DNA of 64,000 bases from Anaeramoeba ignava BMAN (Eukaryota > Protista > Anaeramoebae). A program made the translations under genes and the position numbers. Shown here piece by piece: positions 32,667 through 44,521 of this stretch; the first letter of the stretch is position 1, and each line of letters starts with the position of its first letter. Location: positions 434,001-498,000 of the forward strand of contig JAPDFW010000114.1 of the NCBI GenBank assembly GCA_028826165.1. Reading direction: 5' to 3'. The notes beneath the pieces are model-generated. The model was given only the letters and a program-made list of their open reading frames with translations, did not search any database and was not told the DNA's origin.

Positions 32667-34420
32667 CTATTTTTTGTTTTTATTCTCTTTTTCTTCTTCT
32701 TTTTCTTTTTCTTTTTCTTCTTTTTCTTTTTCTTCTTTTTCTTCTTCTTTTTCTTTTTCTTTTGAATCTTGTAAAAATTGTAAATTTGGTCTAATTTGTG
32801 TTCTTAGATTTGGTGGAGTTTCTAAATAATTTCTTTTTGTAATTCTTTGTGTAATTCTTTGAGACATTGATGCTCGAGGAGTATTTTGTACTAAATGTTT
32901 TTCTTGAATATTTATATTTTGTTGATATTCTTGAGAGGAATTACTTTTTCTTAAAATTTGTTTTTGAAAGTTTTGATTTTGTGAAGGAATTTGTTGAAAA
33001 TTTCTTTTTTGGATTTGTGATTTTTGTGTTTCATTAAAAACGGATCTTTTTAATGAATGAGTTTTTTGTTGAATATCATCCTTATTTGAATTTCTAAATT
33101 TCAATGTATTTGAATGATTCAAATTTTTATGTAAATTTTTATTCAAGTTTTTATTCAAATTTTTATTCAAATTTTTATTCAAATTTTGATGTGAGTTTTC
33201 ATAAGATTTTCTGAATCTTAAAGTTCTTTCATTAGCATACTTTTCTTTTGAATATTTTTCAATATTATTTTTATTTTCAATTTGATTTTGATTTATATTT
33301 TGATTTTCATTTTGATTATTTTGATTTTGATTTTCATTTTGATTTTTATTTTGATTTTGATTTTGATTTTGATTTTCTTTTTCTTTTTCTTTTTGATTAT
33401 TTTTATTTTGATTTTGATTTTGATTTTGATTTATATTTTGATTTTGATTTTGATTTTGAATTTGATTTTGATTTATATTTTGATTTTGATTTATATTTTG
33501 ATTTTGATTTATATTTTGATTTTGATTTTCATTTTCAATTTCAATTTCAATTTCAATTTCATTTTCAATTTCATTTTCATTTTGATTTTCAATTTCATTT
33601 CCATTTTGATTTTCAATTTCATTTTCATTTTTATTTTCATTTCCATTTTCAATTTCATTTTCAATTTCATTTTCAATTTCATTTTGATTTGAATTTTCTT
33701 CAGTATTTTGATTTGAATCAATATCTATATCTTCCAAAATAGGTGATTCATATGGTTCAATAATTTTAGATTCATTACCATTTCCTTTTTCTTTATTCTT
33801 CTTTTTCTTCTTCTTTTTTTTATATTTAATTTTTTTTTTGTTTTGTTCTGAATCTGATTTTTCTTGTTTTTTATTTTTTCTCTTTTTAATTTTCTTATAT
33901 TTCTTCTCTAAATTAATAGAAACATCAGATTTACTTCGTGTTTTTTTATCTTGAGCTTCTTTTTTGCAAAAACTACAAATATATTTTTTAGAAGTTGATT
34001 TTTTGTTTAAAGATCTTGTTTTTCTTATACACTGTTCATGTTGATAAAATTTGCATTTTGAGCATTTAATTAAATCTTGATAATATACTGGATTAGGATT
34101 AGTCTATGTTTTTATTATCAAAAGAGTATTCAATAAAGAAAAAAAGAGGTTAAATCAACATGATTTTTGCTCAAATTATTTTTTTTATTTAAAATTGAAT
34201 TATTAAAATAACCCACATTTAAACATTTACAACGTATTTCCCTCGTATCACATTTTTGACAGAAATATGTTTGAGGAATGTTTTTTGGGTCAATTTTCAT
34301 GCATTTAAAATGTTGCCATTTTTCACATTTTTCACATTGAATTAAATTTTTAGATTGTTTTTTTGAATTACAAATACATTCAATTTTATATTTATTTTTA
34401 TTTTTATTTTTATTTTTCAT
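32667..34420 (-). CDS. Double PHD-finger chromatin protein with a low-complexity C-terminus; exons 34217-34420 and 32667-34103
   Basis: PHD1: CIC...IQCEKCEKWQHFKC...YFCQKC. PHD2 spans the intron: IRCKCLN|TNPN...IKCSKCKFYQHEQC...YICSFC. Followed by K-rich and N/Q/E-rich tracts. Confidence 0.8.
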
Positions 34421-34449
34421 TTTATTTTTATTTTTACAAGAAGAAAAGA

Positions 34450-34580
34450 AGAAGAAAAATGAAAAAAAATGAAAAAAAATGAAAAACAAATTTTTTTCCG
34501 ATTTTATTTTTTTTAAATTAAAAAAATTATTTAAAAACCGTTAAAAAATTAATTTTTTTTCATTTTTTTTCATTTTTTTT
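34450..34580. promoter_or_regulatory. Bidirectional promoter with strand-specific TTTCATTTT initiator-like motifs (PHD gene / POLD1)
   Basis: AAAAATGAAAA copies (minus-strand TTTTCATTTTT) at about 34455-34485 precede the PHD ATG; TTTCATTTTT copies at about 34558-34580 precede the POLD1 ATG. Confidence 0.6.
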
Positions 34581-34636
34581 CTTTTAAATTTTAAATTTTA
34601 AATTTTATTATTTTTAAAAAAAAATCAAAAAACAAA

Positions 34637-37600
34637 ATGAATCGAAAAAATCAAACAAAAAAATCAAAAAATTCAGAAATAGAAACAGAATTAATAGATA
34701 AGAAAGATTTTACACAAAAAATTGAAGAATTAGTAAAACAATGGAAAAGAGAACCAGCAAAACCAATTAATCCAAAAACAGATACATTAACATTTCAACA
34801 AATTGAAATTGATCAATATTATGGTTCACCAATGAAAGGAATGCCTGTTCCAGAAATTGGTCCTGTTCCTATTTTAAGAGTTTATGGAGTTACAAGTGAA
34901 GGTATAAATTTTATTTTAATTTTAATTTTAATTTTAATTTTATTTTAATTTCATTTCATTTTATTTTATAGGGAATAGTGTTTTAATGCATGTTCATGGT
35001 TTTACACCTTATTTTTATGTTCCTGCTCCTCCTGGGTTTAAACAAGAAGATTGTGAATCTTTTAAAAAAGCACTTGAAGTTAATTTCTTTTAAAAATTCA
35101 AAATAAAAATAAAATTGAAAATCAAAATCAAAATCAAAATGAAAATCAAAATTAAAATCAAAATCAAAATCAAAATCAAAATCAAAATCAAAATCAAAAT
35201 CAAAATCAAAATCAAAATCAAAATAAATAAAAATCAAAATCAAAATCAAAATCAAAATGAAAATCAAAATCAAAATCTAAATCAAAATTTAAATTCAAAA
35301 TCAAAATCAAAATCAAATTGAAAATCAAATTCAAAATCAAAATCAAAATTAATTTAATTATTAGAATCGAATGATGAATGAAGTTACTTCAAAATCACTT
35401 CAAGCACAAATTTATGTTAGATCAGTTGATATAGTTTATAAAAAAAGTATTATGGGACATTATCCAGGAAAAGATTTACCATTTATTGTTTTATGGATGT
35501 GTCTTCCAAGACATGTTCCAGTTGCAAGAAATATCCTTTAAAAAACAATTTAAAATCAAAATCAAAATCAAAATCAAAATCAAAATCAAAATCAAAATCA
35601 AAATCAAAATCAAAATCAAAATCAAAATCAAAATCAAAATCAAAATCAAATTCAAAATTCAAATTCATTTTTTAAAAAAATAGTTTTTCTTTGATATTAT
35701 ATTTGGTTTTATTTTCAATTTGAATTTTTTTACAGATTTTAACTGATGGTTTTGCATTCCCAAATTTTCCTTTTATTCAATATCCAACTTTTGAAAGTAA
35801 TTTATTGTTTGTGGTTAGATTTATGGTTGATAGAAAAATTGTTGGAGGAAATTGGATTCAAGCTCTTCCTGGAACATATTTTTTAAGACAAGAAAGTGAA
35901 AAAACATCACGATGCCAAATTGAATTTGATATAGCATATCCTTTTTAACATCAAAATTAATATTCAAATTAATATTCAAATTAATATTTAAATTAATGTT
36001 CAAATTAATATTCAAATTATTTAAATAAATATTCAAAATAAATATTTAATTAATATTCAAATTAATATTCAAAATAAATATTCAAATTAATATTCAAATA
36101 AATATTAAATAAACATTCAAATTAAACATTCAAATAAATATTCAAATTAATATTCAAATAAATATTCAAATTAATATTCAAATTAATATTAAATTAAATA
36201 ATAATATCAAAATCAAATAAATATTAAAATTAATATTCAAATTAATATTAATATTAATATTCAAATTAATATTCAAATAAACATTCAAATAAATATTCAA
36301 ATTAATATTCAAAATAATATTAAACCTTCCTTGACATAATAAACACTTGGGATAAATTTTCTAGTTTACCTTCAGAAGGAGAATGGCTACAAATAGCACC
36401 ACTCAGAATTTTATCATTTGATATCGAATGTTCTAATCAACAAAACAGATTTCCAGAACCAGAACAAGATCCAGTGATTCAAATATCAAATGTAGTTTCA
36501 ATTCAAGGAGGAAAAGAAATATGCAAGAATGTACTAACATTAAAATCATGTTTGGGAATACCAGGAGCACAAATATACTCATTTGATCACGAAAAAAACC
36601 TTCTTCACATGTGGAATCAATTTGTGAATGCAATTGATCCTGATATCATAATTGGATATAACACAAGCAACTTTGATATTCCCTATCTCATCAATAGAGC
36701 ACGTAAATTGCATGTCGCTGGATTCACGAAACTAGGAAGGATCATAGCAGACGCATCCGTGATAACAAGCACAACATTTTCTTCCCGAGCATTTGGAAAG
36801 CGAGAAAGTAAATACACTCACATAACTGGAAGAGTACAGTTTGATCTACTTCAAGCAATTACAAGAGATTATAAACTCAGCTCATATTCTCTTAATTCCG
36901 TATCAGCACTGTTCCTTGGCGAGCAGAAAGAAGATGTGCCTCATTCTATTATATCAGATCTCCAAAACGGTGATGCTCAAACTCGCCACCGTTTGGCTGT
37001 GTATTGTCTTAAGGATTCGATTCTTCCAATTAAACTTCTTGACAAATTAATGATTGCAATCAATTATATAGAAATGGCTAGAGTTACTGGCGTCCCTATT
37101 AACTATATTATCAGTCGCGGTCAGCAGATCAAAGTTGTTTCGCAGTTGTACCGTAAAACTGCAGAAAGGAATTTGCTTATTCCTACTCTTGGATCAAAAG
37201 GAAAGAAATTTAAAGGAGCAACTGTCATCTCTCCAAAAAAAAATTTCTATAAAACTCCAATTGTTACTTTGGATTTTACTTCATTGTATCCTTCTATTAT
37301 GATTGCTCATAATTTGTGCTATTCAACTTTGTTGACAAAAGAACAAATATCTTCATTAGATCCGAAGATGTATACTGAAACACCAAGTGGACGTAAATTA
37401 TTGATTTTTTATATATTTTTTTGCTAGTTCAAAAAAAAATTCTCATTTCTTTATTTCTTCTTATTTTTTTTGAAAATAGATTTTTTTTTGAAAAAGGAAT
37501 TTAAACAAGGAATATTACCAGAGATTCTTCAAGAACTTCTTGCAGCAAGAAGAAAAGCCAAACAAGAATATGCAAAAGAAACTGACTCACTTCGAAAAAA

Positions 37601-39056
37601 TGTTTTGAATGGAAGACAATTAGCGCTTAAGATTAGTGCAAATTCTGTTTATGGATTTACAGGTGCTTCAACAGGAAAACTTCCATGTATTCCAATTCCT
37701 GAGAGTGTAACAAGTTTTGGAAGACAAATGATTGAGTTGACAAGTAATCTAGTTGAGACGAAATACAGCAAGAAAAATTCTTTTGAAAATGATTCTGTTG
37801 TAATTTATGGAGATACTGTAATTAAATCAAATTTAAATTAAAATTAAATTTAAATCAAATTTAAATTAAAATTAAATTTAAATCAAATTTAAATTAAAAT
37901 TAAATTTAAATCAAATTTAAATTAAAATTAAATTTAAATCAAAATTAAATTTAAATCAAATCAAAATTAAATTAAAATCAAATCAAAATTAAATTAAATT
38001 AAATTAATAAAGGATTCCGTTATGATTAACTTTGGTCAAATCCCAATGCAAAAAGCAATGGATTTAGGAAAAGAAGCAGCTAAATATGTCACTGAACATT
38101 TTGAAAAACCAATCAATCTTGAATTTGAGAAGATTTATTGTCCATATCTTTTAATCAGTAAAAAACGATATGCAGGATTGATGAAAATGTCTATTAACGA
38201 TCCAGGGAAAATTGATGCGAAAGGAATTGAAACTGTTCGAAGAGATAATTGTCCTCTTGTGAAGAACTTGATCACGATCTGCTTGGAAAAAATACTAATT
38301 GAACAAAATGTAGAAGGAGCAATTGAATACACAAAACAAACAATCAGCAATTTATTAAGAAATCAACTGGATATATCTTTATTGATTATCACAAAAGCAC
38401 TAACAAAATCCGGGAAGGAGTATAAAAACAAACAACCGCATTCAGAACTAGTTGAGAAAATGAAAGTAAGAAATCCTGGGAATGAAGTGCATATTGGAGA
38501 CAGAATCCCGTATGTAATCATCAAGGCTATTCGAGGCACAAGAGGATATGAACGGGCTGAAGATCCGATATATGTTCTTGAAAATGGGATTCCTATTGAT
38601 GAGCAATATTATCTTGAGTCGCAACTGTCAAAACCTTTGATTCGGATTTTCAAGCCAATTTTGGAAAACCCTAAAACGTTACTTAGTGGAGATCATACTA
38701 GAACGTTATCAAGAGTTACTCCTTCAGTGAAAACTGGAGGAATGATGAAGTTTGTTAAAATACAGAAAACTTGTCTTTGTGGAGCTAAGGCTATTGGTGA
38801 AAATGATCCTATTGTTTGTGATATTTGTAAGGAAAAAGTTCCTGAAATGTATCAAGATCGTCTTCAAGCTGTTGTTAATTTGGAAAAGAAGTTTTCTTTA
38901 TTGTGGACCCAATGTCAGCAGTGTCAAAAAAGTTTAGTTCAAGAAGTTCTTTGTACTTCAAGAGATTGTCCTATATTTTATAGAAGAAAAAAAGTTTATC
39001 AAGATTTGGAAGAAGCAAATAAAACTTTAGAAAAATTTAATGAGTTAGATTGGTGA
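34637..39056 (+). CDS. POLD1: DNA polymerase delta catalytic subunit; exons 34637-34901, 34972-35078, 35365-35530, 35734-35935, 36347-37392, 37480-37817, 38013-39056
   Basis: [25 protein letters not shown] (ExoI), [51 protein letters not shown]|[19 protein letters not shown], and C-terminal CysA/CysB (LWTQCQQC...C..RDCPIFY). Confidence 0.97.
35531..35733 (+). other. U12-type (minor spliceosome) AT-AC intron, POLD1 intron 3
   Basis: 5' end ATATCCTTT, 3' end TTTTTAC. Joining A|AG gives ...PVARK ILTDGF in frame. The branch-site candidate TTTCTTTGAT (about 35686-35695) is weak and rather distant. Confidence 0.85.
35936..36346 (+). other. U12-type (minor spliceosome) AT-AC intron, POLD1 intron 4
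   Basis: 5' end ATATCCTTT, branch site TTCCTTGAC at 36327-36335, 3' end CAC at 36346. Joining GC|T gives [28 protein letters not shown], collinear with Pol delta orthologues. Confidence 0.94.
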
Positions 39057-39387
39057 ATTCAAAAAGAGATTTAATATTAAAATCAATATTAAAATTAATA
39101 TTAAAATTAAAATTCATTTATAAAATTAAAATTAAAATTAAAATTAAAATTCAAATTTAAAATTAAAATTAAATTAAAATTAAAATTAAAATTAAAATTC
39201 ATTTATAAATTTGAAATTAAAATTAAAATTAATATTCATTTATAAATTTGAAATTAAAATTGGAATTAAATTTAAAAAAGTGGAACAAATTCTCTTTTTG
39301 TTAAAAAATTAAAAAAAATTTTTGGAATAAATTTATTTTCATTTTTTTCATTTTTTTCATTTTTCATTTTTCAATTTTTAATAAAAA

Positions 39388-39645
39388 ATGACTTATAATA
39401 TTTCAGAAGAAGTTGAATTATTAATTAAAGAATTAGAAAGACTTGGTGTTAAACAAGATGATGGAAGTTATGTAACAACTTTTGGAGAAGTTTTTCATGA
39501 TTCAAGAATTGAACAAATGTTTGAAAGTCTTGTTGGAATTTTAAAAGCAGCAAAAAAACAAAAAGCAATTGATTTTAAAGGAGAAATGTTATTTCAAGGA
39601 GTTCATGATAAAGTTGAAATAAGATTACTTCCTTTAAAAAAATAA
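39388..39645 (+). CDS. ABRACL: Costars family protein (ABRACL-like)
   Basis: EEVELLIKELERLG...TFGEVF...FESLVGILKAAKKQKAIDFKGEMLFQGVHDKVEIRLL matches the costars domain over its full length. Confidence 0.92.
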   Translation: MTYNISEEVELLIKELERLGVKQDDGSYVTTFGEVFHDSRIEQMFESLVGILKAAKKQKAIDFKGEMLFQGVHDKVEIRLLPLKK

Positions 39646-39938
39646 CCATTTAAAAAAAGAAAAAAAATTTTTTTCGTAATTTCTTTTTTAATTTCTCTTT
39701 TAATTTGATTTTGTTTTTTTTTTCTCCTTTTCTTCTTAATTTTTTTTTTTTTTTTTAACAATTAAGAAATTTTAATTAATAAAAATTCTAATTAACAAAA
39801 TAAACAAAAAACAAATGACATTTCAAAACTTCGTTTTTTTTTCAAAATTTTTTTTTTTCATTTTTCAATTCTATTTTCAATTCAAATCAAAACCTAATTT
39901 CAAAATTTCATAATCAAAACGAACATAAAAAAAGCAAA

Positions 39939-42081
39939 ATGAATACGCTCGAACAATCACTAACAAAAATGCTAGAAGAACACCAGTACGCTGATGTAAA
40001 ATTCGTAGTTGGAGAAGCAAAAACAGAAATTTTTGCACATCGATTAATTTTGTCAGTATCAAGTGAGTTTTGGATGAAGATGTTTTTTGGGTTAGAATGG
40101 AAAGAAGTTACACAAAAGAGAGTAGCAGAAGTAGTTGTGCCTGATTTTGAACCAGCGACTTTCCAGCAAGTTCTGCGATTTGTGTACACTCGCGAAGTTG
40201 TCCTTGACGAGACAAACGTGCTGGATATATACAGGGCCGCAGACAAGTATCTTATCACGGATCTTCTTGATTATTGCACGCGGTTTGTGATGCATAATAT
40301 CTCTTATGATAATTGTCTTCAAATTTTCCATTTTTGTCAGTATTTCACAAAAGGAGACCTTTATAACCAAGTTTGTGAATTTATTGAAAAGCGATCGAAT
40401 GATTTGTTCCGTGAATCAGATTCCCTTGTTAATCTGGAACAGGATTCTATCCGCGAAATTCTCGAACTTAAAAATCTCAGAATAAAAGAAATCGATTTAT
40501 TTGATAAAGTCGTTAATTGGGGTAAAGCAAAAGCTCAAAAAGAAGGTGGTAATCCAAAGGATTTTCTTGATGAATTGATACCTTTGATTCATTTGGAAGT
40601 TATGACTAAAGATGATTTGATTCTTTTGTTGGGTAATGAATTTATTGAGCAATCTCAACTTACTGTCTTGATTAAAGAAAAGGTTTATGAAACTGTCAAT
40701 TTCTCTTCAGGAAGAAGAGGTTTATGTGCAAAGCCTCCTCAAGAAGTAATTTATATTATAAATATAAATATAAATATTTAAAATATAAATATAAATATAA
40801 ATATAAATATATAAATATAAATATAAATATAAATATATAAATATAAATATAAATATAAATATAAATATAAATATAAATATAAATATAAATATAAATATAA
40901 TTATAAATATAAATATAAATATAAATATAAATACAAATATAAATATAAATATTTAAAATATAAATATAAATATAAATAATAAATATAAATATTTAAAATA
41001 TAAATATTTAAAATATAAATATAAATATAAATATAAATATAAATATAAATATAAATATAAATATAAATACAAATATAAATATTTAAAATATAAATATAAA
41101 TATAAATATAAATATAAATATAAATATAAATATAAATATAAATATAAATATAAATATTTGAAATATAATTATAAATATAAATATAAATATAAATATAAAT
41201 ATAAATATAAATATAAATATAAATATAAATATAAATATAAATATAAATATAAATATAAATATAAATATAAATATAAATCTAAATATAAATATAAATATAA
41301 ATATAAATATAAATATAAATATAAATATAAATATAAATATAAATATAAATATAAATATAAATATATATATAAATATAAATATAAATATAAATTTAAATTT
41401 ACAAAAAAAAAGCTTAAAACAATAATTGTTGCATCAGATGATCGAGATCCTTATGTTAGTGATCTCGTAGAATCAATGAAAACTAACGGAATTGTTGTAG
41501 TAGATCGTTTCAACGGAAGATCTGCAACACCATCATTAGAAAAACTATTAGAATACGATGTAGTTGTAGTATATGCAGATTACGATTGGAGCAGCCCTAC
41601 TGATGTAAGCAACGTTTTGAAGCAATATGTGGAATCAGGAGGAGGACTTTTACTTTTTGGAGCATTTGCACTTGCAACAAATCATCCAGGAAAAGATCTT
41701 CTTGGAGATATCACAACCGGTTTTATTCCACTTGGAAAAGGTGAAGTTCGAAGAGATTCAAATCATACACTAGGCGAATTTGATCATTTGCATGAAATAA
41801 TGAAAGATGTCACTTCTTTTGATGGTGGAAAATCTTCCTTCTTTGTTGACACTAGTGAGGTTAATCAAGGTGAAGTTATCGCCCGTTGGGAAAATGGTAT
41901 CCCTCTTGTTACAACTAAACAGCCAACTGCTACTTCAGGTCAAATTGTCGTTCTTAATTTCTTCCCAATGTCAACTATTGGTTTCTCTACTGGTTGGTTA
42001 CCTTCAACTCATGGCAGAAAATTGATTGCAAATGCTTGCGATTTTGTTGCTCAAAATTCTCCTAATTCTATGAAACTTTAA
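39939..42081 (+). CDS. BTB/POZ-BACK protein with a C-terminal class I glutamine amidotransferase-like alpha/beta domain; exons 39939-40745 and 41413-42081
   Basis: ADVKFVVG...[17 protein letters not shown]...[10 protein letters not shown]...ADKYLI (BTB); [13 protein letters not shown] (BACK); then [10 protein letters not shown]...[14 protein letters not shown] phase-0 GT-AG intron filled with (AAATAT)n separates the two parts. Confidence 0.85.
40746..41412. repeat. (AAATAT)n microsatellite intron
   Basis: Directly visible; produces the spurious KYKYKY start of ORF 41158. Confidence 0.9.
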
Positions 42082-42415
42082 ATTTTCAAAAAAGAATTTT
42101 TTTTTTGCTTTTTTTTTTGTTCCACTTTTTTTTTTTACTTTTTTTTTGGATCTTAATTTCCTCTTTTGATTTCTTTTCAATTTCCTCTTTTATATTTCTT
42201 TTCAATTTCCTCTTTTATATTTCTTTTCAATTTCAATTTCTATTTCCTAAACAAAATTCAAAATTAAAACAAAAATTTAAAAAAAAAAATGGAAAATTAA
42301 AAATGTTTTATTTATTCATTCATTCATTCATTCTTATTTAAATCAATTTAAAAACAAAAATTAAAAACAAAAATTAAAAAAAATTAAAACAAAAATTAAA
42401 AACAAAAATTATTTT

Positions 42416-43383
42416 TTAAAAGAATTTAAATTCAAATTGATTTTGATTATTAAATTGATTTTGATTATTAAATTGATTTTGATTATTAAATTGATATTTA
42501 AAATTGAATGGATTTGGATTTGGATTTGGATTTGGATTTGGATTTGAATTTGTTGAATCTTTTGTTATTTTTTCAAAAATTTCTAATCTTCTTGTTAATC
42601 GATTTGGAAAAAAAGGAATTATATTATTTTCTTTCTTTTTTAAATTATAATGAATAAATCGACATCTTTTTCCATAAGGACAATATCCTTGAGTATGAAA
42701 AGCTTTACATAATTGAGTTTTATATTTTGGATGTCTTGGTTTTTCTCTAAATTTTTTAATAAAAAATAAAAAGGTTATTTTTGTTATTTTTGTTCTTATT
42801 TTTAACTGAAAAAAAAGAGTTAAATCTTTTAAATTTACCTAAGTTCTTCAATTCCATGAGCAAATCTACAAGATTCTCCAAATTTACAAGTTCCAGTTTC
42901 TTCCCAAGATCTACAAAGTTCTGTTTTATATAAAGGATCTTGATTTTGATTTTGATTTTCGTTATGATTATGATTATGATTATGATTATGATTATTCAAT
43001 TGATTTGGAAATTGATTTGGATTTGGAAATTGATTTGGATTTGAACTTAAATTTTCTTTTGATTCATATTCTATTAATAAGTTCCAATTTTGATCTTCTC
43101 TTGTTTCTTTTTGATATTCATTATTCTTATCTGCAATATCTGCGGTTTGAATTTGTATTGGTTGCTCTTCTTTTGGTGATGTTATTTGATTTCTTTTTTC
43201 TTCTTTAATAAAATCGGACAAATTTGATTTGTTTGGTTTTTTTCCTTTTTTGTTTTTTCTTTTTTGGTTTTTGTTTTTGTTTTTTTGGAAATATTTCTGA
43301 TCAATTGTTTCTGCTTTAAAATTTACTCCTCTTGGTTTTGGTTCATATTGAAAAGTTGTTTGATTTTGTTTAATTGCAAGCAT
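42416..43383 (-). CDS. Tristetraprolin/ZFP36-like tandem CCCH zinc-finger mRNA-decay protein; exons 42839-43383 and 42416-42746
   Basis: [31 protein letters not shown]|[32 protein letters not shown], then [10 protein letters not shown] (resembles the NOT1-binding motif). Confidence 0.92.
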
Positions 43384-43579
43384 TTTAAAAAAAAAAATTG
43401 AAAATAAAAAAATAAAAATAAATGAAAAAAATAAAAAGATAAAAATGAGAACAAAATAAAAATAAATTTTTTTCTTTTATATTTTTTTTCTTTTAATATG
43501 TGTAATTTTAAAAAAAAAGAAAAAAACAACTATTCCTTGTAAAAAAAAAGAGATAAATTTTTTTCCTTTTTTCTTTCTT

Positions 43580-44390
43580 TTTTTTCCTGTTTTTAATTTA
43601 ATAAATCAATTCAATTTCCATTTTTAAATAAATTAATAAATAAAAACTTGTCTAATTTTGTTTGTTATTTTTCAATTTAAATTTTAATCCACTTTTTTTC
43701 CGTTTTTTTTGATCTAATTAATATTATTATATCTAATAATATTTTTCCTGTTTTAATTTAAATAAATTAATAAATAAAAACTTGTTTAATTTTATTTGTT
43801 ATTTTTCAATTTAAATTTTAATCCACTTTTTTTCCGTTTTTTTTTGATCTAATCAATATTAATATATTTAATAATATTTTTCCTTTTTTAATTTAAATAA
43901 ATTTATAAATAAAAACTTGTCTAATTTTGTTTGTTATTTTTCAATTTAAATTTTAATCCACTTTTTTTGATCTAATTAATATTATTATATCTAATAGTAT
44001 TTTTCCTGTTTTTAATTTAAATAAATTAATAAATAAAAACTTGTCTGCTTTTGTTTTTAATTTAAATAAATTAATAAATAAAAACTTGTCTAATTTTATT
44101 AATTATTTTTCAATTTAAATTTTAATCCACTTTTTTGATCTAATTAATATTATTATATTTAGTAATATTTTTCCTGTTTTAATTTAAATAAATTAATAAA
44201 TAAAAACTTGTCTACTTTTGTTTTTGATTTAAATAAATTAATAAATAAAAACTTGTCTAATTTTATTTATTATTTTTCAATTTAAATTTTAATCCACTTT
44301 TTTTCCGTTTTTTTTTGATCTAATTAATATTAATATATTTAATAATATTTTTCCTTTTTTAATTTAAATAAAAAATTATCTAATTTTATT
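43580..44390. repeat. Imperfect intergenic tandem repeat, about 5 copies of a ~135-170 bp unit
   Basis: AATCCACTTTTTT recurs near 43687, 43820, 43955, 44124 and 44291, with shared AAAACTTGTCT and TTGATCTAAT motifs. Confidence 0.82.
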
Positions 44391-44521
44391 TTAATTAATT
44401 CACTCTGAATTGATTAATTTCTGTTTATTCCTTTTCATCTAATGCACATTAAAAAGTTTTTTTTTGAGTAAAAAAGGAAAAAAATGAAAAAAACAAAACA
44501 AAACAAAACAAAAATGATTAT

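Noticed and set aside
35531-35545. Apparent premature stops or frameshifts in POLD1 (pseudogene or sequencing error)
   Set aside because: Fully explained by two AT-AC introns with U12 consensus signals; all catalytic motifs are intact.
34637-39056. Family B polymerase as a sign of a Polinton or giant-virus insertion
   Set aside because: It is a canonical intron-containing Pol delta with CysA/CysB, and there are no capsid, integrase or packaging ATPase genes or terminal inverted repeats nearby.
42683-42691. ATATCCTTG, a possible third U12 donor
   Set aside because: Lies antisense within the coding GYCPYG zinc finger of the minus-strand TTP-like gene; coincidental.
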